A stretch of 63,337 nucleotides of DNA, filler included, from Octopus bimaculoides (taxonomy: Eukaryota): the NCBI RefSeq assembly GCF_001194135.2. It is 4 parts of 4 records of this genome, joined end to end, with 100 filler letters (N's around TTAATTAATTAA, not from the genome) between each part and the next. Parts side by side here need not be neighbours in the genome. Positions count along the whole stretch, not along the records: positions 17,862 to 34,486 come from NC_068986.1; positions 34,587 to 53,842 come from NC_068990.1; 2 more parts are not named here. One strand, 5' to 3'. The notes beneath the pieces were generated by a model, which saw only the letters and a program-made list of their open reading frames with translations, ran no database searches and was not told the origin of the DNA. The stretch's first letter is position 1. Every line of letters starts with the position of its first letter. Below are positions 24,053-37,794 of the stretch, piece after piece. The position numbers were made by a program, and so were the translations under genes.

Positions 24053-24260
24053 CGTTGTGCTTGTGTTTGTCCCCCATCAACGCTTGACAACCGGCGCTGA
24101 TGTGTTTACGTCCCCGTAACTTAGCGGTTCGGCAAAAGAAACTAATAGAATAAGTACTACTAGCCTTACAAAGAATAAGACCTGGTGTCGATTTGTTCGA
24201 CTAAACCCGCTTAAGGTGGTGCTCCAGCATGGCCGCAGTCAAATGACTGAAATAAATAAA
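24050..24260 (+). mobile_element. SINE family D tail following a long (TG)n
   Basis: tttgtcccccatcaacgcttgacaacc...taacttagcggttcggcaaaag...ggtgctccagcatggccgcagtcaaatgactgaaa. Confidence 0.85.
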
Positions 24261-24289
24261 ATAATAAAGGAATATATTTAAATAAGTTG

Positions 24290-25260
24290 ATATCTGTGAC
24301 CTATTTCATTTCCAAAAATAACAAGTTTTTAGACCGCGGTTGGCTGGATTGTCAACAATGAAGACTACGGAATTATCTAATGTTTAGAGAAGTATAGTTT
24401 CTAAAATCATGTTGCATTTCAAACCAAAGTACAATCACTTCTGGCACGCATAATTCTAGGCGGAAGATAAAGCTCGCAGAAAAGTGCAATGTACTATGCC
24501 AAAAAACAAACCATCGAACTACGGGAGCAAAAATGACTGCAGAACTAAATTACCACCCAGCCAATTGTGTTTCAAATGAAAACTGTTCGTCTTGAGCTCC
24601 ATAAAACTGGATACTAAGGGCGGGCAACAATTACTAGACCTCTTCTGTACACCGTCAACATTGATAGTCGAAAGAATGGTGACTAAACTATCAGAAGTGG
24701 TCAATAGCCCAATGTAATAATGTCAACTCCGATGAGTCATCGTTTACTCTTGTTTCCACTTTGGTAAGTTGTGATGTTTGGAGGTATTTCAAAAGAAGCC
24801 TTTAGTCTTGACTTTTGACCCCTACGGTGAAGCATAAAGGTGACGCTGTGGTCATTTGGACAACCATATCACGAAAGTCTCTTGACTTTTTAGTAGTTCT
24901 ACATGGTTGATTTAACGTCAAGGTTTATCTGACTATTTTGGTCGGTGATGTCCATTCTATGGTACAAAATTATTGCTTGCTTATAGTGCAATCTTCCAGG
25001 GCGATAAAGCACCTTTTCACACGGTTAATGTTTATTCAAAATTCGTAAGAAAACTACAAAAATGAATTAGTCCGCATAGATTGCACACACACCGCACTCA
25101 CCGAATCTCAATGTAATCGAATATTTATGGCGCCTTTCGGAGCAGTAAGTGAGGAGTCGCTTTTCTTTGCCATCGTCATTAAAAGGGCGAAAGCAGATTT
25201 TTCTGTGCGAGTCCATTACTCGATGTATTAAAGCTGAGACTGGTGCAAAATGTGAACTAA
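24290..25260 (+). pseudogene. Tc1-family transposase relic (DD34E-type motifs), not in the ORF track
   Basis: Manual translation: TTGAKMTAELN, KTVRLELHKTGY*GRATITRPLL, NSDESSFTL, TVKHKGDAVVIW, IFQGDKAPFHT, SPNLNVIEYLW. Confidence 0.85.
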
Positions 25261-26459
25261 CTCCATAATAGATAATAAGACTTCCATTTCATATAACAAG
25301 GTGTTTTTCCTATTTTATCCATTCTCTGTATATCATAAAAAGAGGCGTTTTTTTCTGTCCAACCGTCCTTCTGACCGTTCTTCATACATTCAGATGAAGA
25401 TGATTTTGAAAGAATTTATTTTTTCGTCAGGTGGGAGACAATACGTAGAACACCACTTCCTGCATTCAAAAGGGCAAGCGGGTTGTTAGACTTGGTGAGA
25501 GATTAAATCTAAAACCCAAGTATGCCGCCGCAGGATTTGAACTTAGATAGAAAAGAGAAGGAACAAATACTATTAGGCAATTGGTGTCTTGTTCATTCAG
25601 TTCGGCCAATCCCCCGCCCAGTATTAGTAAGTTTTTAGTGACTCCAAGGTCAAAAAAATATATTTCGGTAAGATTAGAACTTATAGTGAATATAATTAGA
25701 ACGCTTAGTGCACAACATTCAATCCGACGCTCTAATGGATCTATCATTTTGCTGCCTGTAGAAACAGAATAAAAAAGAGATATTGAATTTATTCAATGAA
25801 TTCATATACGTAACATAAGAAAAACAAGTATTGTTATTCATTTTTTATCAAGTTCACGTTTTCCTCGCAAGTCACCGAAAGAAATCGCCGTGAAGAATTC
25901 ACCCTCATTTACTATAAAATACTGTGATGAAACTAAAACAATAAATATGGGTAAAGCTAGAAAAATAAGTAAATAAATACATAAATAGCGACAGATTTAT
26001 AAAAACCTTCACTCAGTACATTCTATTTCTGCTGTAAACGTAACTCGAGTAACTGAATGCAATTCTTTCTACCAGTTGAAACTTATTTTTAAGTGGCTAA
26101 ATTTTTAGAAAAAAATATTCACTAAAATGGTCAAGTCTTCTGTTATTATAGCTCTCGCTGAATTATTCATTTATACACAAAGATTGCAAAATTAAAAAGT
26201 CGCGAAAACGTTCTTTATCGTGACTGAAATAATTCACTAAATTTTATCATTTAATACTTTGTTCATGTATAAGGAAACTTCCTTATAAAGAAGAGCTTTC
26301 ACTAAAATGCTACGATAGTATTATGGACAAAATTTACTTTAAATGAAATAAGTAAAATGTAAAAACGGTTTCAATGTTACATGTGAGTAGAATGTGTAAG
26401 GCAAGAAATTTGCATAGATTTCATTAATTTTTTTATTCTTATATATTACAAATGGACTT

Positions 26460-28800
26460 TATGTAAGCATATTTGGATGATCAGCGCAAAATATCTCGCA
26501 AAGAAGCAGCAAGAATATGGCAAGAAGCAAGGAGACTGAGAATGGACGCAACAGAAAGGCAGCACCAATGACAAGCAAATGCAGATCGACGACGGCAAGC
26601 ATGGAAAACAACTTTCTCGAGAGCTGTGAGAATATATCTTGATTTAAGATTCTGCAATTTTAAATAAACAATGTGAGCGTATTTTAAAACAAAACGCTGC
26701 TCAACATAGATGAAAACGATGACAACTGCTTCAAGAGTAGCGAAAATGCATTTTGGTTCCAAATACTAAACAGCATAGAGAAGCGCGACGACAACTTCTT
26801 CAGCAGAAGCAAAAGCATATTTTGGCCCAAACTGCTGACTGTTCATGGTGGAGCATCTTTTTTCTTTTACCTTTTTTTAATAGAACTTTGCAGCAGATAT
26901 TTTCTCAAAGACACGGGGCAGATTTAGAACAATCTTTGTTCTTCAAAGATTTCCCAGCACTATATGGTTATTTAAAAACTACAAAATCCACACCAATTTT
27001 GAACTATGCACAACTATCAACGTTGTCAGATATCTATATAAACACATATTCCAATGTGCAGATCATTCTACGACCTCGCTATATCAGTGATGCAAATCAG
27101 AGAGATGATATAATTAAATATGAAAATTGCAGGTATTTTAGATCATTGGAAGTGACTTTTCGAATTCCCAAGTAACTTTATGATTCAAACAATACGGAAA
27201 TTAACCTTCAATCAACTAAACTCGCAACTTCTTTTCTTGAACGATCCACAAACGAGAAACACCCTATATTGTAACTTCCCTGAAAATTATTATGTAGCAC
27301 TATCCAATAAGTTTGGCAAAAAAGTTCAAAACAACCATCAAGAATATCAAGGACTACCAGTAGAGAATACATTGTTCATCCATTGCAAAGAAAACTTTCA
27401 TTAGAGTATATTGCTTCACTAAAATGGAGCTACAAGTTTTGAGGACTTGAGTCCGGTCAACAATGTAACCCATTGCAAGTTTTGAACATGCTTGCTAAAT
27501 AGCGAATTTCTTCGAAAATAATGAGGATGACACATGCATATGGATGGGTAAGCAACGATTCAAACATTTCATTGCAATTCTTCATTTCTACTCTCTGTCT
27601 GAGCCTACAAATTTATGCGTTTCGCGAGAATTTTATTGAAAATTTACTGCATCGCCGAAAAGAAACAATGACCATTGAAAATGCAACAGAAGCTGTGTCC
27701 ACTGGATAACCAGTTGATTCAGATGTACTGGCCAGTGCAGATCATTCAAGTAAAATTTATATCCGCCTGTCATATATCTTTTCATGATGCAACTGGGCGC
27801 CTTCTGCTCGGTTATTGGCTAAGGACTAAACCCCAAAATGCCACTGACATCTCAAAGATTTGAATCTCTCGATCCAATACGTAATGAAAAATGAACTTTT
27901 GGGGAAGGGATTATTACTGCGTATTAAAGTTTTTAACAAATTCTCTGGTAATCCGTAGAACTCAACTGTTTTCGTTATGCATGCATAAATAGGTTTTCTA
28001 ATTGAAAGCAGTGCGACGTTTTACATACCAAACAAATATGAGTTTTTAATTATTTCGACAACTATTATTTTGAAGTATTTAATCGGTTAAACCACCATGC
28101 ACGCTGGTTACTGGAAATGGGCAAAGTAGTGGCGGGGATCCAAATATTGTTAACTGAATCAAACCTTTCTCAGTCGCCTATTCAACTCTGTATAACAATG
28201 AATTCCAAGGAAAATTTGGTTCAGTTTGCTTATGCTGAGGTAGCAATATATTATGAAAGTGAACAATGGATGCCTTTAACAGCTATTCTAACAACAAGGC
28301 ATGACAATATGTGTCAATTAAGTGAAGGAATTATGAATGAATTTTCCGCAAATAGGATTACACTAAGAAGCGTAGGCTGGATGGTAGAAGTAAATCAAGT
28401 TATAATTTTTATATTCGCTAAATAAGTGATGCACATCATTAAAATCAAGATAAGAGCTCCAGTAATGCATTACCGAAACTTAGACCACATAAATGACTAC
28501 TGAAAGGTTTCTCGATACATGGACCTCAGAGCTACTAACAATACACTATTAGCAAACTTAGTGGCATTTATACTGAAATGACGTTAATGATTCCCTGGAT
28601 TTCTCGTCAACTGGCTGATACCGGTTAACCATTCACTCTAAAAAGAATGTCATTTCCTATAAGATTTGCTGTTATATCGATAAATAAGAGAGGACAAAAT
28701 TCAAAGATGTGATAATTGTATCTTTCAACTTCAGTGTTCAAACAGGAACAATTATATGCTACTTGCGGCTGAGTGGGTGATGGAAAACTCCTGAGAATAT
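26460..28800 (+). pseudogene. Degraded, internally deleted Helitron Rep/Pif1-helicase gene
   Basis: Ordered motifs: charged N-terminal EARRLR repeats, DDIIKYENCRYFRSLEVTFRI, NDPQTRNTLYCNFPENY, GATSFEDLSPVNNV (27426), AILTTRHDNM, PFTLKRMSFPIRFAVISINKRGQ (28629), VFKQEQLYAT. Confidence 0.88.
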
Positions 28801-30784
28801 TTGCAAATCAAAGAAAGTTCAGCCGCACAGCCAGAGAGAAACATCATAATGATGGCTATGGAAAATTGACTAGGAACGTTGTTTATTGAGAAGTCACTAA
28901 AGTAAATGTTAATTTTATAAATGTGTATACCGAATTTGCAGAATATCAAATAAATGTTTTAAAAATAAGCGCTTTTAGTTAAACAATATAAAAAATATCA
29001 TTTACTAAAACTTCACCGAGAACGACAACTTAAATTCCAATATTTTATCCAGTTAAAACACCTAGTTAACACATTTTTTCTGAAAATGAAAACAGCTAGT
29101 TTAACGTATTTTTTTCTGAAAATGAAAACAAAGATAAAGTTAATAAATTTCTGAATTAAACATAAAAACCCTGCATATGCGAACTGAATGTATTTTACAA
29201 TAAGTATAGTATTTTAAACGAACAAACTAAATTTTAAAATTCGTAGTCAGCAAATGAATGAGTATCAGTATTTTTTCTTGAAGATGTAGAGTTCGTTTAT
29301 CTGTGTTATGAAGTTAGTTAACAAATGAAGTGTGAGAATATAACGTCCTCTTCTTTCGGATTCTAAATTCATTTCGTTTTTTCTTCATATCGTTTTCTTT
29401 CTTTTTTTTATATTTCAGTGTTCAAATTTAATTTTGAATTGAATTGCACGTGAAAATAGTTGGTTGCATTTAGCGTACTATAAAATAAATCGAGGGCATT
29501 AATATGGCATGCTTTGATTCAATGTAGTAGGCTAAATGTAAACCGGATGTTTTCTTTTTTTCATACCTTCTAATTTCATTTTGATAATGAACAAAATCAA
29601 GCAAGATAATTTCATTCATTCTATGTATTATGCCGTCATCAAGAAAAATTATTGAATGGTTAAAAAGGCACAGACTTCTTGTTTTTTATAGCCAAAAATA
29701 TTTTTTATTCTTCATTGTAATCTCTGTTTTGCAAACGTATCTGCATAATTTCATTTCAGAAATGTGTACTGTGAGGAAGCAAAATCGGTGCTGACACCAA
29801 AACAGTATTTATACACAATACAATTCATCAACATGTGAGTTGTGGACATGTATTTATACTCTTAGTGAAGTAATGAATGATGACGTTTAAGCACGACGTT
29901 GTTATGTGTTTATTATGTAGATGTGCAATTGCAATTCATGAAGACTGATGAATTTTGATGAATGAAGATGAAAAGAGTTTTGTAAACAAAACCGTTCTAT
30001 TAACAAATGGGTTATTGTTGTTATAACGACGATCAAAGGGAAACGAAATGTTTTATACTAGTTTTACTCTTTCTAAACAAGTATTTTAGTAACAAAAGAA
30101 TACCATTTTCTTTTAACACGAACCGAAGAAGCAAAATACTTTTGAAGAAAATCATAGGTAATGATTTTTAAGCATGTAGTGTGGCCATTGAGGAAAATCT
30201 GGGCGTTTACAATACACAAAGCATTGTGAAGTACTTTGATTCGATATGGATAGAGTTGCTATCTCTAGAATATTGAATGACGATACAGAAACAGAATTTT
30301 TAATACGAGTACATAGCCTAATATTTAGGTAACGGAAGTATAACTCGAACAATGTAGAATGTATATTTACCTGGTGTGCAAACAGTTCAGCGTACGAACA
30401 AATATATATTTAGATCATGCATTTATAAATACAAAGCAATGGAAATTTAGTTACTATAGTCGACAAATATTGAAAAGGGATTCGAAATATAAGAGTGATA
30501 ATTTTTGGTAATGTTTAAATAACTAAACACATGAAAACTACGGTAACGACTGAAAAGAACAATTTTACGGAAGAAAGGGACAAGCAAATTGAAACGTAAT
30601 AATCTGATATTCAAAACGGGTATTTGTTTAGCAGGATTTCTATAAATGCCTATTTATATATCACAACAAATACACGCCCAGAGTAACTGCAATTAACCGG
30701 AAATGAGAGTTGTCATCTGCCCCTGCACTGTAAAAAAACACCGCGGAAAATGTAACAAACGAAAATGTTATAATCTGTTTTGTA

Positions 30785-30850
<66 letters not shown>

Positions 30851-32073
30851 ATATATATATATACATATACATACATATACACAAACACATACACACGAGA
30901 AATGTAACAGACAGTGAGAGAGATAGGTATATACATAAATATATCGACTGAGTGATGATTTGATTGATTCATTGTTTCATTAATAGTATGAAACATGAAA
31001 ATATGGAATGAGTAATATAATTAATTTTCTATCATTATAAAAATGTATGTATACCATTTTTTGTGGTTTTGTGAACATGGTTTCAATCAAATATTTTAAT
31101 GCATATATGAATGAATGGACATGGTGTATGTTGTGAATGGATTTATCTTTCATGTCTCTTATAGTTTGTAATATTTGAAAATAATTTGTAATGCTAAACA
31201 ATAAGAATGGTTTTACATCAAAAACAATAAACAAATCCTAAACAAAAAATTCATCGAATTAAACTTTTGCTTAAGTGTTATTGAATTCGTGGAAAACTAA
31301 ATCTTGTATCAATAATTGGTATTGTTGCTACAAGGTGGAGGAAAATTTTATCCGAAAACTGGTAACTTGTAGAGCAAGGAAAACATACACACGCTCAGAT
31401 GTGTTTGTTTGTAAGCGTGTCTGTGCATGCATGTGTGCGCGCGCGCGTGTGTATGTGTGTGTGTGTGTGTGTGTGTGTCATTATGTTAAATACCTTACTA
31501 CGACAAATGTAATGAATGATGAAGATGAGGGTGAGATAACTTACCACGAGTTCGACACTCTGTAAGAAAAGACAAAAATAGAAATGATGAAATGCGTGCA
31601 AAATCTTTAACGGATGATTAGTGAGCATTATAAGAAAATATACTGTAAAATGCTCCATAACAGCTAGCTTAAATAATTGAAATACGATAGAATTTTACTG
31701 CCAATAAATATTGCTTCACTTTTTCTTAAATAACATCTTTTCCGACATGCTAGAAACAGTGGCTAAATCTTCCTCAAATTACAACGTACGATTTGTGAAT
31801 CTGAAAAGTACATTCAATAATCCTGGATGCATACGAGCTGTAAAGAAAACACGGAGGGTCGTCGCTTGAACTTATTGGAACATAGGTCAGTTCAATCTGT
31901 GTTGGATAAGAAGTAAACAATGGCAAAAAACAGGAACTACAAAAATCTGTCATATACACGTATAATTGCATATGAAGTATGTTCATGTATATCACGAGAT
32001 AACTACAGTCTCTCTCTCTCTCTCTCACTCTGTCTTTCACTCTCTCTTTTTCTCTGTCTACATATATAAATAC

Positions 32074-32158
<85 letters not shown>

Positions 32159-32578
32159 AATACATATATGTATGTATATACATATATATATATATACATA
32201 CATACGTATATACAATAACATATGTATATACACGCATATATATATATACATAAGAATAGATAGATATATACATACATATATACATATATATGTATATAAA
32301 AGATATTAAAAGGTGGAGATTTATATATCTACACAGTTTCCTTTTTATTATTACTGCCTTTTATACAGTATATTCCCTTTAAACTTACGTCCGACATATG
32401 TTCCTAGTGCATGGATATGTTGCTAAGCAGTGTCAATTTGCATCCTGTTCGTTCGACTGCAATAAGATTTCATCTTGGTTAAATATAAGCATGCAGCTCT
32501 ATTCAAGGCGTTGTCACTATTAAAGTTTGAAATGTATGTATGTATGCATTATGTATACATTCTTTTACTTGAACTAGT

Positions 32579-32614
<36 letters not shown>

Positions 32615-32616
<2 letters not shown>

Positions 32617-32960
32617 CTTTTATTACTTTTACTTGCTTCAGTGATAGGTCTGCGACCATACAGGGTTTTAATCGAACAAATTAACCTTTGTACTCATTTT
32701 GCTTTAGTCTCGTACTTTTCTATCATTTCTTTTCCTAACTGTTAAATTGCAGAGACGTAAACAAAACAACACTTCTGAAGCAGTGTTCGAACACATAAAC
32801 TCCACCCCATACACACGCACATATATATATACACACACATGCGCACAAATTCACACTCGTACGCACATCCAGATATAGGACGAGATTTCACCAGACATTG
32901 ATCGACTCGGGGTTTGGAAAGAAGACATTCAACTAAGATACAGCGAGGCGGGACTGGACA
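32615..32960 (-). mobile_element. Degraded composite SINE (D tail + microsatellite + B head)
   Basis: ttttacttgcttcagtgataggtctgcgaccat...; gatttcaccagacattgatcgactcgggg...gaagacattc. Confidence 0.6.
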
Positions 32961-33394
32961 GATAATACACATTAGCATGTATATTATATGTCATATTATA
33001 TTATGTGTGTGTGTGTCTGTCTATCTGTCTGTGCGCGCGCGCGAGTGTGTCAACGAACTCCCCAAAATTAGACACCAATAATTAAGCGTTGTTAAGCCTA
33101 ATAGGATTATCCATAAGAAAAACCAACCAATACGAATGTAAGTAATCTCCATCATCTGTGAAACTACAATCACTCTCCGTTTACAAGAATGATGGACAAC
33201 TCAGTACAACGAAAGTAAGATATAAGAGATTCACGATCAAGCGTAACAAAAGTGTACACCTATCATCAACTGCCAAACGGATATCACTTTGGTTTCGGCA
33301 CCTGGACAGTACCGTTCAATCCGGCGCTGTCAATAGCATTAGGAATATAAACGCTGCCTGAGAACCCATGTATATACTTATATATATTCTTTTA

Positions 33395-33600
33395 TTCTTT
33401 TGTTATTCTTTTATTTATTTTTTTTACTTGTTTCAGTCATTTGACTGCAGCCATGCTGGTTCACCGCTTTTAGTCGAACAAATCGACCCCAGGACTTATT
33501 CTTTGTAAGCCTAGTACTTATTCTGTCGGTGTCTTTTGCCGAGCCGCTAAGTTACGTGGATGTAATCACGCCAACATCGATTGTGAAACACAAACACGCA
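33395..33600 (-). mobile_element. SINE family D tail
   Basis: ttttacttgtttcagtcatttgactgcagccatgctgg...ccccaggacttattctttgtaagcctagtac. Confidence 0.85.
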
Positions 33601-33619
33601 CACAAATATATATACATAT

Positions 33620-33870
33620 ATAGTCAATCCAAACATGAACAAGCAAGATAAAAAACACGAAAACACAACAACGCGAGGACGTGGAATAAGTACAGTGTTA
33701 TTGGACGCCCAGGAAAGGAAAGAAAAGAAAGAGGATTTCACGTTTCGAGCTGAGCTTTTCATCAGAAATATAGAAAAATTCTAAAGAAGGGAAGACAGAG
33801 AAAGAAAATCACCAACGATGCACACGCGGTCACATATTGAAATGACCAGAAGGGAAAGGGTGGGAAAAAA
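33620..33870 (-). mobile_element. Penelope-type terminal fragment with hammerhead motif at 33735-33770
   Basis: Minus: TATTT CTGATGA A AAGC-tca-GCTC GAAA CG T G AAAT; cleavage position is G, so probably inactive. Confidence 0.6.
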
Positions 33871-34237
33871 GTTTTTTTCAAAGACAGGAGAATGCAAGAG
33901 AAGGAGGTATATGTGTGTGTGTGCGTAATGATAGCGCGCGCGCGCGCGCGTGTGTAGTTGTGACTGTTTATGTATGTGTGTGGTTGGACACACACAACGT
34001 TTAAGGTCATAGGAAGAATTTATAGTAAGAATTTTGGTAGGAGTGGCTGCCTATTGTGTGCCTACCTACACATGTACGTAAGAGAATGGTCAGTAGAAAG
34101 GTACTGGTAGTTTGAATTATGTGTGAGTGTGTATATGTATATGTAGTGTGTGTGTGTTTTGTTTCCAGTGTGCGTGTGTATTTGTATGTATGTGAGTGTA
34201 CGTGTGGGTATGTGTGTACGCGTAAGGTGGGTTACTT

Positions 34238-34385
34238 TCAGCTTCCGTCTACCAAATCCATTCACAAGGCTTTGGTCGATTCGAGGCTCTAACAGAAGAT
34301 ACTTGCCCAAGATGCCACACAGTGGAACTGAAGTTGGAACAATGTAGTTGCGAAGCAAGCTTCTTACCACACAGCAACTCCTGTA
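34238..34385 (-). mobile_element. SINE family B head
   Basis: tttcagcttccgtctaccaaatccattcacaaggctttggtc...cttcttaccacacagcaactcct. Confidence 0.8.
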
Positions 34386-34486
34386 CATATATACATATAT
34401 ATATATATGATATATATATATATATACGTAGATACGTAGATACATATATGTACATAGACATATATATATATATGTATGTATATATA

Positions 34487-34586
34487 NNNNNNNNNNNNNN
34501 NNNNNNNNNNNNNNNNNNNNNNNNNNNNNNTTAATTAATTAANNNNNNNNNNNNNNNNNNNNNNNNNNNNNNNNNNNNNNNNNNNN
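34487..34586. other. Synthetic scaffold spacer 44N-TTAATTAATTAA-44N
   Basis: Same construct as 17762-17861. Confidence 0.95.
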
Positions 34587-36275
34587 TATATATTTATACA
34601 TATATATTTATACAAATATATATATATATATATTTATACAAATATATATATATATTTATACATATATATTTATACAAATATATATATATATTTAATGTGG
34701 TCATACACGATTGCATACACACACATACACACACTTATTGTGGTCATACTCAATTGCAATACACACGCACACACACACATATATTTGTACACACAGAAAC
34801 ACACACACATAAATACAGCATAGACATATATATATATAAATATATTTGTATTATATATATCGCCACACATGAGCGAATTTTATGGGCTATTTCTCACAGG
34901 TGTTATAGTATGCATCGCAGAAGTCACGGCTGACGAATCTTTTGTCACGTGTAACTGGCGGCATCTTTTAAGGAAAAGATGTTCTCTAGGGGGTGATGTC
35001 AAGCACATATCATAGTTTTGGTGAAATATATTTCGGAGAACCTTTGCCATACGCAGAAAACTTTGGAGCCACTCAAATGTATAGCAAGCTCTTCTGAATC
35101 CGACGCAATGTCGAAAACCCTTCGTTATCATCAGTAGGTACCTCTGGCTCAAAGCCTTTGACCCCTTTACCTGAATTACTCTATACTTCTCGACCACCTT
35201 CTAAATAGCTTATTTTGTTCAGTTCTCTTGCTCTATGCTAATCTCCCGCGGAGAGAAGCTGGGAGACTGCAGGAAGTGACTTTAATAAATAATGAAGCCA
35301 TGTGCCATCTCTTGGTATGTGTCTCGTTGAATGAGTGATGTGAAGTATGTCTCAGTTGGTGAGTGATGTGAAGTATGTCCTCCCAATCATAATAATTGTA
35401 CATCGTCATTGTACAACAATACAATCGAAAATGGAAAAATAGTTAATGCGTGTATTTCATGAGTTCTTCCTTCTTCTCAGTATCACATCCAAATTATTAA
35501 ACATCCACAGAGACATTGCTTAACCAAACACTAAACATAGCGGTGTAACATTGTTGGATGGACCAATTTTACATATGAAACACATTCCTGGCAGCTGCGT
35601 ACATAGTAATTACATCTTCAATGACGTTGTTGTTTCCATTAGACGTCTTCGGATACGAAACGTCTTAAAAGATCAAAGCTGGCTATAATTTGTACAGAAG
35701 ATCTCTAGAGATAGCCTTAACATGTGATTCAATAGCACTGCTAACACAGTCGAACACAGTATTCGCTTATGAAGCGTTTAATATACCTTGTAGTATATTG
35801 GAGTTGCATAACGAAATGCAGTGTCCTTACAGGTCATTAATATGTGCATACAAGCTGCCGGAACATGTTTAATATGTGAAATTGGTGTATCCAATAATGT
35901 TATAACAAGCAATGTCTTTGTGGATCGTTAATTGATTGGATGTGGTGCTGATGAAAGTACAATAATTCCTAAAATATGCATATACTTCCTCGACATTTTT
36001 CCATCTTCGATCGCATTGTTGTTTACGTTAGACTTTTCGGATACGAAAGCTCGTAACAAATGAGTGTTGGCTATAATCTCTATCGGAAATCTGCAGAGGA
36101 AATCTTCTATAGACGAAGTGCTGGAAGCGGTGCAAAAATATCTACACAACCATCCTGAAAGTATATGTGTGTGAGTATGTGCGTGCGTATGTCTGTGTGT
36201 GCGTACAAACGTAAAATAGAAATATGTTACAAAAACAAAATAGAAACTACACGTGAAAATGTAAGGGGAAATGTA

Positions 36276-36359
<84 letters not shown>

Positions 36360-37074
36360 TATATACATATAATTTTTCTGAATCTTTAGATTTTTCAATA
36401 TGCTAGGCCACTAATTTTAAATTTATATTAATCAAATTAATATTCAATTTTTCAGCCTTATTATTTAAATTCATATATGTATATACGTAAGTACATATAT
36501 ACTCCTATATATGTCTATATATATGTATTTGTCAGTGTATGCATGCATTTATAGGTACGCACACACACAAACACACACGCACGCGCACACACACATAAAC
36601 AGACACACATACTTGTAATCTCTGCTCATGGTGAAAAATAAATGAAGCGTTATTCTTTTTCTTTCTCTGGAATATGTGTCTAATAATCATACAACCGATG
36701 AATGATGAACACTTCTTTTTGTGTATGACCTGCACCTTGTTTACGCACACGAATATATCTGCTTTCTTAAAACTGCAGAGGAAATCCGTCAATACCAATA
36801 TAGACATGTCTATTTATCCCTCTGGTTGTTCTAATTTTGAAAGGAATAAGTGACACACTTCTAAAAGTGCTAAACGTGATAAATGTTTTACATATAACAG
36901 TTAGCTCGGAATAATTCGTTGAGATTTTACGACTCAGTTCTGTTTAACGATGTCTGATTTTGCTGCTTTTATTATTATTATCAATATTATCATCATCATC
37001 ATCATCATCATCATCCTCATTATTATTATTATTATTATTATTATTGCTTTTGCACACCTTTTAACGCTGGAGAT

Positions 37075-37260
37075 GTATTACAGTGTTAGCTGTTCACTAT
37101 CAGTGAACTTGGCGGTAATTGGACTCAGAAAGTCAGAAAGTAAAGACCGATAAAATACACAAATCATTTTTTCCGGCACGCTAACCATTCTGCCAACTCA
37201 CTGCTTTCATAACGGCGGACCATCGAAGTCGACCTATGAGGATTTAGCATTTTTGTTGAA
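37075..37260 (-). mobile_element. Degraded SINE family F
   Basis: cttggcggtaattggactcagaaagtc...ggcacgctaaccattctgccaactcactgc. Confidence 0.6.
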
Positions 37261-37349
37261 CGAGCTTCGCAAATGTTTTGTTTGTAGTGAACAAATGTAT
37301 GTGCTGTACATTGGCTCACTTCCTCCATCAACTAACGTTGCCTTCCCAG

Positions 37350-37580
37350 GTGCAGGATGATCATGTATGGATAAAAAATAGAAACCACCTCCCCCTGTGG
37401 GATAAAGTTAAAATAATAGACTTAGAACACCACTGGAAAATAAGAAAACTAAAAGAAGCAGCACATATGGTAGGACACAACAACCTCCTAAGCAGACCTA
37501 GTGCAGATATGAGTAGCATATGGGAACCGGTATTAAGGAAGTTTAGGAAAATAAGATTTATAAGCCATAAAATGGCGTAG
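37350..37580 (+). pseudogene. C-terminus of a Penelope-like GIY-YIG endonuclease ORF
   Basis: DHVWIKNRNHLPLWDKVKIIDLEHHWKIRKLKEAAHM...LLSRPS...WEPVLR matches the PLE GIY-YIG end pattern (H...H..W....I...E.....R...EA). Confidence 0.75.
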
Positions 37581-37794
37581 TGATTACGAGTTCGATTCCA
37601 AGCAGTGACCTGAATAATGATAATAATAATAATAATAATAATAATAACAGCGAAAAATACCTTAGGAATGAGAAGCCAGGTTCGAAATTTCCCTAAGACA
37701 ACGTTGTGTTAACAAACAAGATGAGGACAAATATCCGTCAAATTTAAATAATGTAAATAATGTACATAATTCCTCATCTCTTAAATATAGAACT
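37570..37794 (+). mobile_element. Family E element with internal deletions in the tRNA head and hammerhead core
   Basis: atggcgtagtgatta|cgagttcgattccaagcagtgacctgaataatg(aat)n...gaca|acgttgtgttaacaaacaagatgaggacaaatatccgtc. Confidence 0.8.

Noticed and set aside
35940-35990. gctgatgaaag...aaaatatgcatat hammerhead-like motif
   Set aside because: Helix I and II pairings fail and G12 is missing.
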